A DNA stretch of 31,531 nt from an uncultured Spartobacteria bacterium. GTDB taxonomy: Bacteria; Verrucomicrobiota; Verrucomicrobiia; Chthoniobacterales; Terrimicrobiaceae. This document shows positions 16,849-25,657 of this stretch, piece after piece. The stretch covers positions 1 through 31,531 of the forward strand of contig CAIWSO010000313.1 in the NCBI GenBank assembly GCA_903915315.1, written 5' to 3'. How positions within the stretch are numbered: the stretch's first letter is position 1; each line of letters starts with the position of its first letter. The notes beneath the pieces are model-generated. The model ran no database searches. It worked only from the letters and a program-made list of their open reading frames with translations, and was not told where the DNA came from. The translations under genes were made by a program, and so were the position numbers.

Positions 16849-17614
16849 CGCCAGGTTGGATGCTGAGACCACGCGTAATGCTGGTCGGTATGATATCTGC
16901 AATCGAGGTGGAAGGCTCCACGGAAGTGATACGAACGCGTCCGATCTCGGTGGATCCGCGCTTGACGATCAGTTCCGTGTTGCTGAGGACACCATTTTTG
17001 TCACCGATGCTCAGAACCACGAAATTCCAAGCCTGATTGACGGCAAGAACTCTTCCCATGAGATTTTTCCGCGCTGATTTCAGGTTGGCTTGATTTTCCT
17101 TCTGCTTGTAATCGGCGAGTGCGGCTTTTTTGGATTCTAATTCTTCGGTGAGTGATTTATTGAGCCCTTCAAGTTCCGTAATCCGAGTTTGTTTTTCGTC
17201 ATCGGCTGGAGCGGCGGTGGAGGCAGCGGTCGCAGCGGCAACAGCCACTTTCAGGGCTTCGATTTCGTCTCCTTTGGTTTTGAGATCGGTGGTCAAGGTA
17301 GCGATCTCCGCTGTTTTTTCCGTCAGCTTGGTGTTGGCTTCGGTGAGATTGGTCTGGGTGGTGGCAAGTTCGGTTTTAAGTTTCGCGACTTGGGATTCAG
17401 TCTGCTCCAGCTTCGCAGTCAGGACGGTCTTTTCCGCTTCCGAGTCCGTCAATTTTTTCTTTGTTTCCTCAAGTTCGGACTTGGTTTTTTCCAAGTCGGC
17501 TTGGGTGGAAGCCAGTGTCTCTTTCGTTTGAAGAAGGGTTGTTCTGTTAACGTAGCCCACACCTGCGGAGGCAAGAGAGATGACAATCGAAAGAATAATA
17601 AGGATTTTACCCAT
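16817..17614 (-). CDS. Membrane-anchored coiled-coil protein with a C-terminal beta domain
   Basis: Likely start ATG 17614 (MGKILIILSIVISLASAGVGY, a TM anchor). About 150 aa of heptad repeats precede the C-terminal GRVLAVNQAWNFVVLSIGDKNGV...IGRVRITSVE...IQPGDEV. Confidence 0.8.
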   Translation of the reverse strand: MGKILIILSIVISLASAGVGYVNRTTLLQTKETLASTQADLEKTKSELEETKKKLTDSEAEKTVLTAKLEQTESQVAKLKTELATTQTNLTEANTKLTEKTAEIATLTTDLKTKGDEIEALKVAVAAATAASTAAPADDEKQTRITELEGLNKSLTEELESKKAALADYKQKENQANLKSARKNLMGRVLAVNQAWNFVVLSIGDKNGVLSNTELIVKRGSTEIGRVRITSVEPSTSIADIIPTSITRGLSIQPGDEVIFKNPEE

Positions 17615-17773
17615 GAGGTGGAGGAATCGTTGAAAGCAATTTTCTATCTGGCGAAAACGTGCTCCACAAGTGTCAAATTGGGTTTTTTGTTGTTTCTGCG
17701 TTGGTCGTGATGCCTCCCTAAACAAAAGAGTCGGGACAAGACCCCATACCGCGATGGGCGGGGGCTCCTTAAT

Positions 17774-20092
17774 GTGCGCCCCGTGAAAACAAATTTCCAT
17801 GTTGGTCGATTCTTTCTCGCAACATCCTTGGCGGCTTTAGCGGCGGTTTCAACAAGCCCGAATTCAAATGCCGATGAGGGGTCAGGAAGCACTCTGAGTT
17901 CCCACGATAAACCACATAACCAGTATGCCGAGGTCCCACTTTTTCAATCGACCCATGATCGGTTGGATGGCGTTTTGGCCAAGCGCGACTATTTGATTCG
18001 ACTCCCGGAGCACGTTCGTTTCGAAGCCGGCAGTGAGATTCTCCTGACATATCGGGCGTCACCGCTCCTCATGCCCGATGTTTCGACCCTCAGCGTGCGA
18101 CTGAATGATCGCGAACTCACCAGCGTGCGACTGGGGTCTCAAAAAGGGGCATCAAGTCAGGACCCAAGCACGCTCCGCATTCCCGTCAGCGCTGGTATGC
18201 TTCTGCCGGGGTGGAATCGAATCAGCCTCGGTTGTCTCCTTCAAACGACCGAAGAGATGTGCCGTGATGTCGACAACCCCGCCGCTTGGCTGGAAGTTGA
18301 AGCGGGTAGTGCTTTGAAGCTTTCGTATTCAACTGTGCCGTTATTTCCAGAGATCCAGCGATTCCCCCACGCGATGACAGAGCCTCAGCTCCTGGTTTTA
18401 TCTGATCGCTTTGCCACTGGGAGCAAGAAAAAGCAGGAGCCCGTTGTCTCCGTGTTGATGCCTTGGGATGCGGGGGAATCGGAGTTGCGGACGTTTTTGA
18501 TTTGCACCGCCCGAATGGGACAGACGGGATACGTGCGCCCAGAATCAATTTTGTCAGCGGATTTGAGTGCCTTCGATGCCGATTGCGAATCCCGTAACGG
18601 CATCCTTATTGCGACCAAGGAAGCCCTTGCCAGCGTCGATTTGCCGGCCGAACTAAAAAGCACGATCGCGGGACTCAAGAACGGGGAGGGATTGCTGGCT
18701 GAGATCATTGTTGGAGACGCTAAATCCACGCAGCGTCGCTGGATGGTTTTGAGTGGAGGGGATGGTGAGGGGTTGGAAAAAGCCGCACTCACTGTGGGAA
18801 GTTCGATGGCATTAAGAAACACGACCTCGAACCCCCTGATCGTCACTGAAGAGCCGATTGTATCTCCTATCGAGGAAAGAATGGCGCAGCCAAAGACCGG
18901 GGCGGTGAAGCTGGGATCCCTGCCTGGTGGCGACATGATCCTTCGGGGATTGTTCCGGCAAGCGGGCGAGCGGGCGCTTGTTTTCCCTCCTGGATTTCAA
19001 ACGACCTCCCGAAGCCATTTGGACTTAGATTTTTCTCATGCAGGAAACCTAGAAAAAACATCCGCGTTTGATGTGAAGCTGAATGATGTGCTGATTGGCA
19101 GCATTGCTTTGACGCCGGAGAACTCAAATCCAAGCCGCCGGCGCTTGGCTATACCGGCGGGAATCACTGGTCGTGACCTGTCCAAGCTGAGTGTCTCCAG
19201 CTATCTGGATATCGGCCGTGCCGATTGCGCTCACATCGTCGAGGAGCGGGCTTGGCTCAATATTGCGGGATCTTCCATGCTCGATATCAATATTGCTCCA
19301 CTCGAGATCAATGATCTGAGTCGTATCGGCCTGCTCTGTCAGCGGGATGCATTTCTTCGTCGGGCGGCACTTATTGTTCCCGAGTTGCCGAGCCAGGACC
19401 GCGATGAACTCATCAAAACTCTGGCTCTTAACCTCGGCAGCCAGCTTGCCAGTATGCCCATCCTCTGGCCCCAGTTGGCTACCTATGCACCAGGGATACC
19501 TGCTACTGTGACTCGCGTAGAGAAGCGCTCGGGATTGGTTTTAGGATCGGCTTTTCAATGGAGCGAGGCCCTCCCTTCAAAAACTCCACTCGTCATACAA
19601 GCGGTGGACGGGAAAAATGACAAATTGTCCTTGAGGGGAGAGGCGGTCTCAGTGGGCGATTTTGATCCTTCGATGGCTTTTGCCCAGTTGGTTCCATCCC
19701 CATGGACCCAAGGGGAGATCTTTGCCGCGGTCGGCGGTATCTCGGGTTATGGTGGCGGCAGCGCCATCGCGATGCTCACGGATCTCGAAGTCGGAGAGCG
19801 CCTGACCGGAACGGTGGCTGCGATCGATGATCAGAAGAGGATCGTGACTTACGATGTGAGATACATTCAAGAGGTGTCCCTCTCCGAGCAGTTGACACGC
19901 GGATTTGCCTCTGGCGTCACGAAAGAGCAGGCCGAAAACGAAAAAATCGAAAAAGCTGAAGCCCTTACACTGGCTTCTATGATGGACAAGTGGCTGATCG
20001 TTGGGGCCATTTTCACTTTGGCCGTCTTGTTCCTCATTCAACGATTGGCCGTGCGTCGCCGAGAAATCAAAAACAAGGGGAGGGATTTGTGA
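17774..20092 (+). CDS. BcsB-like periplasmic co-synthase subunit (cellulose synthase subunit B family)
   Basis: 772 aa with a signal peptide, an internally duplicated jelly-roll module (SVRLNDRELTSVRL...CRDVDNPAAWLEV versus DVKLNDVLIGSIAL...DCAHIVEERAWLNI), LVPSPW in the second alpha/beta module, and a C-terminal TM anchor (WLIVGAIFTLAVLFLI) with a basic tail. Confidence 0.75.
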   Translation: MRPVKTNFHVGRFFLATSLAALAAVSTSPNSNADEGSGSTLSSHDKPHNQYAEVPLFQSTHDRLDGVLAKRDYLIRLPEHVRFEAGSEILLTYRASPLLMPDVSTLSVRLNDRELTSVRLGSQKGASSQDPSTLRIPVSAGMLLPGWNRISLGCLLQTTEEMCRDVDNPAAWLEVEAGSALKLSYSTVPLFPEIQRFPHAMTEPQLLVLSDRFATGSKKKQEPVVSVLMPWDAGESELRTFLICTARMGQTGYVRPESILSADLSAFDADCESRNGILIATKEALASVDLPAELKSTIAGLKNGEGLLAEIIVGDAKSTQRRWMVLSGGDGEGLEKAALTVGSSMALRNTTSNPLIVTEEPIVSPIEERMAQPKTGAVKLGSLPGGDMILRGLFRQAGERALVFPPGFQTTSRSHLDLDFSHAGNLEKTSAFDVKLNDVLIGSIALTPENSNPSRRRLAIPAGITGRDLSKLSVSSYLDIGRADCAHIVEERAWLNIAGSSMLDINIAPLEINDLSRIGLLCQRDAFLRRAALIVPELPSQDRDELIKTLALNLGSQLASMPILWPQLATYAPGIPATVTRVEKRSGLVLGSAFQWSEALPSKTPLVIQAVDGKNDKLSLRGEAVSVGDFDPSMAFAQLVPSPWTQGEIFAAVGGISGYGGGSAIAMLTDLEVGERLTGTVAAIDDQKRIVTYDVRYIQEVSLSEQLTRGFASGVTKEQAENEKIEKAEALTLASMMDKWLIVGAIFTLAVLFLIQRLAVRRREIKNKGRDL

Positions 20093-21345
20093 GAATCGTG
20101 CTACTGGCTCTCATTGCGGTGATCGGGTTGCCGTTCGCCTTTGCTGCCGGGACCGAGGGGGGCCGAAAAACCCTTCTGGTTTACGATACCATCGCCAAGC
20201 CGTTCTCTCTCATGAACGAGATCGATCCGATCCTCATGGGCTTGACCCGATTCGATGCGGAGCCCGAAAAAATCGAAGCCGCCAAGCTTCAAGCATCCGA
20301 TATCGAGAGGGCTGATTTTATTGTGCTGGTGGGGGTTGGCGGCTCGCCGACGCTCAGTCCCGATTGCATAAGGATGTTGCAGCGCGCAAAAAAACCGCTT
20401 CTGTGCGTCGGGCACGCTGTCAACGGACCTGGCTCGGGCACCTTAAAAAACCAACCGATTCAGAAAGCCGTCGTCGATTATCGCGAGACCACATGGCCCG
20501 TGCGATTGGATCCATTTTTCCGGTTGTCAGCGGGCGAGTCTCAAATTCTCTCCCAGGTGGTGGGCGGTGGGGCCCCTTTGCCGCTCGCATGGCGATCGGG
20601 GAACAGATTCGCATTTGCCTCCCTTCCCGGTGAACCCGTTCTGGCGATGATCTTCTCCGATCTTCTTCTGGATTTTTACGGGGTGAAAAATATTCCCTCA
20701 ACAGGGCTGGTTTTCATGCTGGATGATTACCATCCGGCCTCCGATCCTTCCATGTTGCGACGTTTGTCGGATTACATGGCCTACAAGCATATCCCCTTCA
20801 TCGTGCTCACTCAGTCGCGGGATGTGCCGGCGGATGCGACCGATCTCATGCCGAGGGAAACGTATTTGGATTCGCTCCGCTACGCCCAGGCGCGCGGGGC
20901 AAGGATTTTTCTGGATGCGTCGGCGGATCCTGTTCTGGATCGCGAGAGTTTCAGTGCCGATGGGGTGATCCCCATGGGCGCTGAAAGCCGTCCGACTATC
21001 TCCATCGAAAGCGGCGATAACTTCACGCTGTATGTCGGAAGCCGCTATTTCCAGGATACGCCAGGGAGCGATCCAGTGCCCTACCGAAGTCATGCTCCGC
21101 TTCTCCTGGCCAATGGCGGGGTTCTATTACCCGCAAACATCTTGGGGGGGATGGACGGAATTGCCCTTGATGAAGTCCGGAAAAATATCGGCCAGATTGC
21201 GCGGTTGCGTGGGGGCGTGGCGGGCATCGTCATGCCGGCTTGGCTCCCCTTTCAGCATGTCCGGGATCTTGTGGACGCCTGTCTGCAGTCCGCCCTTCCC
21301 GTGATAGATCCCCTCGGTTTTGGTCCGAACCCCGACTCCCAATAA
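20089..21345 (+). CDS. DUF2334-like polysaccharide deacetylase-fold protein, probably catalytically degenerate
   Basis: GTG 20089 overlaps the upstream TGA and follows GGGGAGGG. Signal peptide present. The segment FMLDDYHPASDPSMLRRLSDYMAYKHIPF resembles the DUF2334 N-terminal motif, but the expected His motifs are not visible. Confidence 0.6.
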   Translation: MRIVLLALIAVIGLPFAFAAGTEGGRKTLLVYDTIAKPFSLMNEIDPILMGLTRFDAEPEKIEAAKLQASDIERADFIVLVGVGGSPTLSPDCIRMLQRAKKPLLCVGHAVNGPGSGTLKNQPIQKAVVDYRETTWPVRLDPFFRLSAGESQILSQVVGGGAPLPLAWRSGNRFAFASLPGEPVLAMIFSDLLLDFYGVKNIPSTGLVFMLDDYHPASDPSMLRRLSDYMAYKHIPFIVLTQSRDVPADATDLMPRETYLDSLRYAQARGARIFLDASADPVLDRESFSADGVIPMGAESRPTISIESGDNFTLYVGSRYFQDTPGSDPVPYRSHAPLLLANGGVLLPANILGGMDGIALDEVRKNIGQIARLRGGVAGIVMPAWLPFQHVRDLVDACLQSALPVIDPLGFGPNPDSQ

Positions 21346-21356
21346 TTTTTGTAAAA

Positions 21357-22982
21357 ATGAAAACCAACCCACTGATTTGTATTCTCGTTCTCGTCACCAG
21401 CAGCATTGTTGCAGCGCAGGACGGAGTGACTCTCGATCCTGCCGTGGAGGCTGTCCGTCTCTCCAATAACGGCCAGCATGCGGAATCCATCGAATGCCTG
21501 AAAAATGCCCTGCTTGGAGATCCTGGAAATGAGAAGTTGAAATACCGTCTCGCGGGGGAATTGGTTTTTGACCATCGCCCAGCGGAGGCGCGCGCCTGCT
21601 TGGAGGAGTTGAGTCGCTCGTGGAATGCCGATATGGCATCCATGGCGGCGAACAGCCTCGCCACTCTCGACCGCTTGGAGGAGGCGGAAAAAAAAGCCCG
21701 AGCACGCCCATCATCGCCGGAAGCTCTCCGTCAGCAGGCCGAATACCAAGCCCGAAAAGAACGTCTCGAGCGCCAGCAGAAAGTCTTTGATCTCATCGCC
21801 GCCAATAAGGATGACGATGCCGTCGCGCAGATCGACGAGTTGGAGGTATTGGGTGACTCCAATACGGCGATGCGGCTCGAGAAGGCCTATGCGCTTTCCC
21901 GACTCTCCCGTAATGACGAGGCGTTGAATGTGCTCAAGGCCATCCCTCTTGAAGAGGATCCGGATGGAACTGCCCGACTCGCCCTTGCTAGCTTGCTGTC
22001 GCGCGATGGTCGCACAACGGAGGCTGTCAGAATCTGGAGGAACATCCGAGAGTCGGGCGGTGACTCTGCTGCCAGCCGCACGGCCGCGCAGGAGATGAGG
22101 GTCCTTGCTCCCGCCTACAACACGGATTGTTGGGCGTGGGGAGAGCTCGACCTCTATGGCACATATCTCTCTCGATATGAGATTGGTGTTGCGGCAGGTC
22201 GACTCCGGGAGGGAACATTTGTGCCTGGAGCCCGCTGGATTGAGCCGTTCATTCAGGCGGATTTCAGTTTGGATTCAAGTTCCTCGAGTTCCTCGGGAGG
22301 ACAGGGGCTTTCGACCATCTATAATGAAAACTTGGCTGGATTCCATGCGGGCGTCCGTGTTCGTCCATTCGCCGCACAATCCTTTGTTCTGTATGTGCTA
22401 GGCGGCACTCAAAAAGATCTTCGCGGCACCACCCAGCATCGCGCGAAATGGTTCTCCGAACTCATCGCTGGGGTCAACGGCTACTGGGCTTGGGGGCCGG
22501 GCAATGAATGGATTGAAAGCGATCTCGAGGCGGGAGGCTTGAGCGGAAAGGCGTCCCAAGACAGCTCTAAAGCTTTTCGCTCGTGGTCACCCAGGGGATG
22601 GACACCCGTTCGAGGGAGGTATGATTGGTTTGTCGAGGCCGGTGGAGATGCCGCTTACTACAGTCGTCTTCCGGATGGCATTGCCTATCTCCAGTCACGC
22701 CAAGGTGTCCGCTTTCTCCAATGCGGCAAGTCCGCCGCTTTCGACGCCTATGCACTCCAAAACCTTACGATGGATACGAAGGGGAACTACTACGACAACT
22801 ACTTTGAAGCCGGTCCCGGCATCCGATTGATCACTTCACCCGTTGGGGCTGCCGTCTTCACGACGAGCGTCGACTACCTTGTTGGTTCGTATCTGGGGCG
22901 GAACTACGCGAATACGCGGGGCGATACCGCCAGCACGTATTCGGACTTTCGCATCACTGCCGCCCTCTCACTCCGCTGGTAA
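21357..22982 (+). CDS. TPR + C-terminal beta-barrel outer-membrane protein (NfrA/BcsC/PgaA-type export porin by analogy)
   Basis: ATG 21357 gives the signal peptide MKTNPLICILVLVTSSIVAAQ. About 250 aa of TPR-like helices precede amphipathic aromatic-rich beta strands. The chain ends FRITAALSLRW, with the terminal aromatic residue typical of BAM substrates. Confidence 0.75.
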   Translation: MKTNPLICILVLVTSSIVAAQDGVTLDPAVEAVRLSNNGQHAESIECLKNALLGDPGNEKLKYRLAGELVFDHRPAEARACLEELSRSWNADMASMAANSLATLDRLEEAEKKARARPSSPEALRQQAEYQARKERLERQQKVFDLIAANKDDDAVAQIDELEVLGDSNTAMRLEKAYALSRLSRNDEALNVLKAIPLEEDPDGTARLALASLLSRDGRTTEAVRIWRNIRESGGDSAASRTAAQEMRVLAPAYNTDCWAWGELDLYGTYLSRYEIGVAAGRLREGTFVPGARWIEPFIQADFSLDSSSSSSSGGQGLSTIYNENLAGFHAGVRVRPFAAQSFVLYVLGGTQKDLRGTTQHRAKWFSELIAGVNGYWAWGPGNEWIESDLEAGGLSGKASQDSSKAFRSWSPRGWTPVRGRYDWFVEAGGDAAYYSRLPDGIAYLQSRQGVRFLQCGKSAAFDAYALQNLTMDTKGNYYDNYFEAGPGIRLITSPVGAAVFTTSVDYLVGSYLGRNYANTRGDTASTYSDFRITAALSLRW

Positions 22983-22987
22983 ATCTC

Positions 22988-25657
22988 ATGGACACTCTTC
23001 ATTCAGTTTTTGTCATTCTCGCCTACACCGCCGCTGTTGGTTTCCTGGTTTTCGGGATCGACGACGTCTTTTTTGATCTGCAATTCCTGCGCTATCTGCG
23101 GAGTAAAAAAGAAAGCGTTCCGATCACTCTCAATGAACTGAAAAATGAGCCGGAGCAATTGATTGCCATTTACATCCCAGCATGGATGGAAGGCGGCATC
23201 ATTAATCGCATGGCGGAGTATGCCAAAAAGGTTCTCATTTACGACCGCTACGATATTTTTATTGGGGTCTATCCGAATGATGCGGAAACAAACCGATGCG
23301 TGGATGAGTTGGTGCGGGTTTCTCCGCGCATTCACAAGGCCGTAACGCCAAACCCGGGGCCGACCTCGAAGGCGGATTGCCTGAATGCGATTTATAAGGC
23401 CATGCTCAGTCATGAAATTCCGGGCAAACGCGAGTATGCTATCATTGCCCTGCACGATGCTGAGGATGTTCTGCATCCGCTGATTCTCAAGGTTTACAAC
23501 TACCATGTGCCCCGGACTTTTGACATGGGCCAAGTGCCGGTTTTTCCACTCGAGTTGACCCCCTGGCGTTATTGGGTGGGGAATTCGTATATCGACGAGT
23601 TTTCCGAATGGCATATGAAAGACATGTTCGCCCGCGAAGCGATGGGAGGTATGGTGCCATCCGCGGGAGTGGGGACTGCGTTCTCCCGTGCCGCCATCGA
23701 CTTTCTGGCTAAAAAATATGAGGTCGGCCCCTTTCTGATCGGGAGTTTAGCGGAGGATTACATGGTGGGAATGGAGCTGTGCCGCTCGGGGTTCCGTACC
23801 GGATTTATTGACTATCCGGTGGAGCGCGAGGTCCTGCGCCGTGATAAGGAGGGGCGGACGATTTCCAGTCGTAAAGTCACCGAACGCGTGGCTGTTCGCG
23901 AAAATTTTCCACTTGAGTTTATTCAGGCGGTGAAACAAAAGGCCCGTTGGATCGTGGGAACGGCCTTTCAGGGGTGGGAGCACGGAGGTTGGTGGGGATC
24001 GACGGCCGTGCGATACACTTTGTTGCGGGACCGTCGCGCACCGCTCGTTCATTGCATCAACGCGAGCGGATATTTTGTGATGGCCTATGTGATCGCCGAG
24101 TTTCTGGTCCAGCACTCGGGGCTTCGAAATAGCCTTTTTCTCCGGCCCTTGTTTCAGGAAAACAGTCTTCTTTGGCGGATCGTTTTGGTGGACACGGCGC
24201 TGCTCTGCTACCGGGTCACGCAGAAGGTGTCCTGCGTCTCAGATGCCTATGGTCTTCGCCAAGGGCTTTTTGCGATTCCGCGCTATCCGGTCGTTAACTT
24301 GATCAATATGACCGCCACCATTCGCGCGGGCTGGATTTATATGCAGCATCGGCTTTTCAAAAAACCGCTGGCATGGACAAAGACGACCCATGTTTTTCCA
24401 GGGGTCGCGGAGCTACAAGAGTTCGCCACTTCGATCGAAGAGTTGCTTGTGGATGAGGGCCTCGTGAGCAGAGAGGACTTGGATAAAATCCTCGAAAAAA
24501 ACAAAGGGAGTTCGGCTCCAAGCGCCCTCTTGCAAATGCAGCTCATGGATGAAGAGCAGTTCACCTCCGTGTGGAGGCGTTTTTCTGGCCTTAAAAGCTT
24601 CGTTGTGACTCCTGAGGATATCCCGATGGGGGAACTCAATCGGTGGCAGGAATCGGATGCCGTTCGATTCGGCGGGATGCCTTGCGCTGAGACGGAGGAC
24701 GGATCCTCTCTGTTCGGTTTCGTCGAGCCACCCAAGCCAGAGGATCTGGGTGAAATCGCGGCCATCTTTGGCTCCCCCGTGGAAGCCCGCCTCATACCGC
24801 CGTCGAATTTCATTTCGCTTAGGAATACGATTTACCCACGGCGTGTCCTTCAAAGCCAGCAGCTTTGCCCACTCAACGGGGTATTCCAAGCCTTAAGCGC
24901 TTCGGATCAACGCAAGGTTCGTGAGTTTCAAATGACGCGTCGGCGATCTCTCTCGGATGCCATGATGCATCTGGGATTCATTCCCGCTGCGGAAGTGAGG
25001 CGTCACTACTCCGAGTCGCTCGGCGTCGAGGGGGCCGACTTTTCAAAATTGACCCTCAGTATATCGATTATGAGAACGCTTGGCCCTTTGTTTTGCGAAG
25101 TTCACGGACTCCTTCCACTGAATGACGGGAGTATCGGTGTGATGAACCCGATTCACCCAGATACCATCGCCCGCATTCAGGGTTTACTTGGATCTGCGAT
25201 TCCTTTCCGGGTCGATACGCCACCAGCTTTCATGAAAATGTGGCACGACTTCATGGTTCTGCAGTTCTCCCAGGATTTCTTGATGGAGAACCTAGTGGAA
25301 TCGAAGGTTCTTCTTTCCGATCACGCCGTGCGGGTCAAAAAAATGCAGCGCTTGATCGAGGGACCGGTAGATCGTCTGTTGGTGCAACTGGGGCTTGTGA
25401 ACAAGAAGCAGTTATTCCAGGCGATGCGGCAGACCTCTGGCCTCGAGGTGGCGCAAGCGGGGGATGCGCCCATTGGTCTCGAGGCCGAGGAATTGCTCGC
25501 TCCAGGCTTCGCCGCGCGAAGCGGGATCATCATTCATCAAATCCGTGATGACGGTATCACTTTCCGCCTCACAAATCTGCCGTCCGAAAATGACCTGATT
25601 GAGGTCACGGAACGGTGCGCGGGAATGCCGGTGAGCTTCAAAATTCAAAATCCATGA
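22988..25657 (+). CDS. nfrB: NfrB-family processive GT2 glycosyltransferase with C-terminal MshEN-like repeats
   Basis: Close motif match to E. coli NfrB as I recall it: GIDDVFFD, IPAW, GVYPND, PGPTSKADCLN, LHDAED, YIDEFSE, VPSAGVGTAFSR, SLAEDY, VRENFP, QKARW, RDR, and WTKTTHVFP immediately followed by an MshEN-like region. Confidence 0.9.
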   Translation: MDTLHSVFVILAYTAAVGFLVFGIDDVFFDLQFLRYLRSKKESVPITLNELKNEPEQLIAIYIPAWMEGGIINRMAEYAKKVLIYDRYDIFIGVYPNDAETNRCVDELVRVSPRIHKAVTPNPGPTSKADCLNAIYKAMLSHEIPGKREYAIIALHDAEDVLHPLILKVYNYHVPRTFDMGQVPVFPLELTPWRYWVGNSYIDEFSEWHMKDMFAREAMGGMVPSAGVGTAFSRAAIDFLAKKYEVGPFLIGSLAEDYMVGMELCRSGFRTGFIDYPVEREVLRRDKEGRTISSRKVTERVAVRENFPLEFIQAVKQKARWIVGTAFQGWEHGGWWGSTAVRYTLLRDRRAPLVHCINASGYFVMAYVIAEFLVQHSGLRNSLFLRPLFQENSLLWRIVLVDTALLCYRVTQKVSCVSDAYGLRQGLFAIPRYPVVNLINMTATIRAGWIYMQHRLFKKPLAWTKTTHVFPGVAELQEFATSIEELLVDEGLVSREDLDKILEKNKGSSAPSALLQMQLMDEEQFTSVWRRFSGLKSFVVTPEDIPMGELNRWQESDAVRFGGMPCAETEDGSSLFGFVEPPKPEDLGEIAAIFGSPVEARLIPPSNFISLRNTIYPRRVLQSQQLCPLNGVFQALSASDQRKVREFQMTRRRSLSDAMMHLGFIPAAEVRRHYSESLGVEGADFSKLTLSISIMRTLGPLFCEVHGLLPLNDGSIGVMNPIHPDTIARIQGLLGSAIPFRVDTPPAFMKMWHDFMVLQFSQDFLMENLVESKVLLSDHAVRVKKMQRLIEGPVDRLLVQLGLVNKKQLFQAMRQTSGLEVAQAGDAPIGLEAEELLAPGFAARSGIIIHQIRDDGITFRLTNLPSENDLIEVTERCAGMPVSFKIQNP

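Noticed and set aside
17641-17676. Perfect TTGACA on the minus strand upstream of the coiled-coil gene
   Set aside because: The nearest -10-like hexamer (TAGAAA) is 24 nt away, incompatible with sigma70 spacing.
19990-20088. ORF-track N-terminal extensions (starts 19990, 21240, 25615, 26796, 17800, 16902, 1569, 5321)
   Set aside because: They overlap neighbouring genes or precede clear signal peptides and family N-termini, so downstream starts were chosen.
22278-22295. 9-bp tandem duplication AGTTCCTCG x2 in the barrel gene
   Set aside because: Only two in-frame copies encoding a Ser run. Noted as a possible loop expansion, not a repeat feature.
17774-25657. Reading the operon as a cellulose synthase (bcs) locus
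   Set aside because: The GT2 matches NfrB motifs (PGPTSKADCLN, VPSAGVG, WTKTTHVFP), has no PilZ domain, and is coupled to wecB, which cellulose synthesis does not need.
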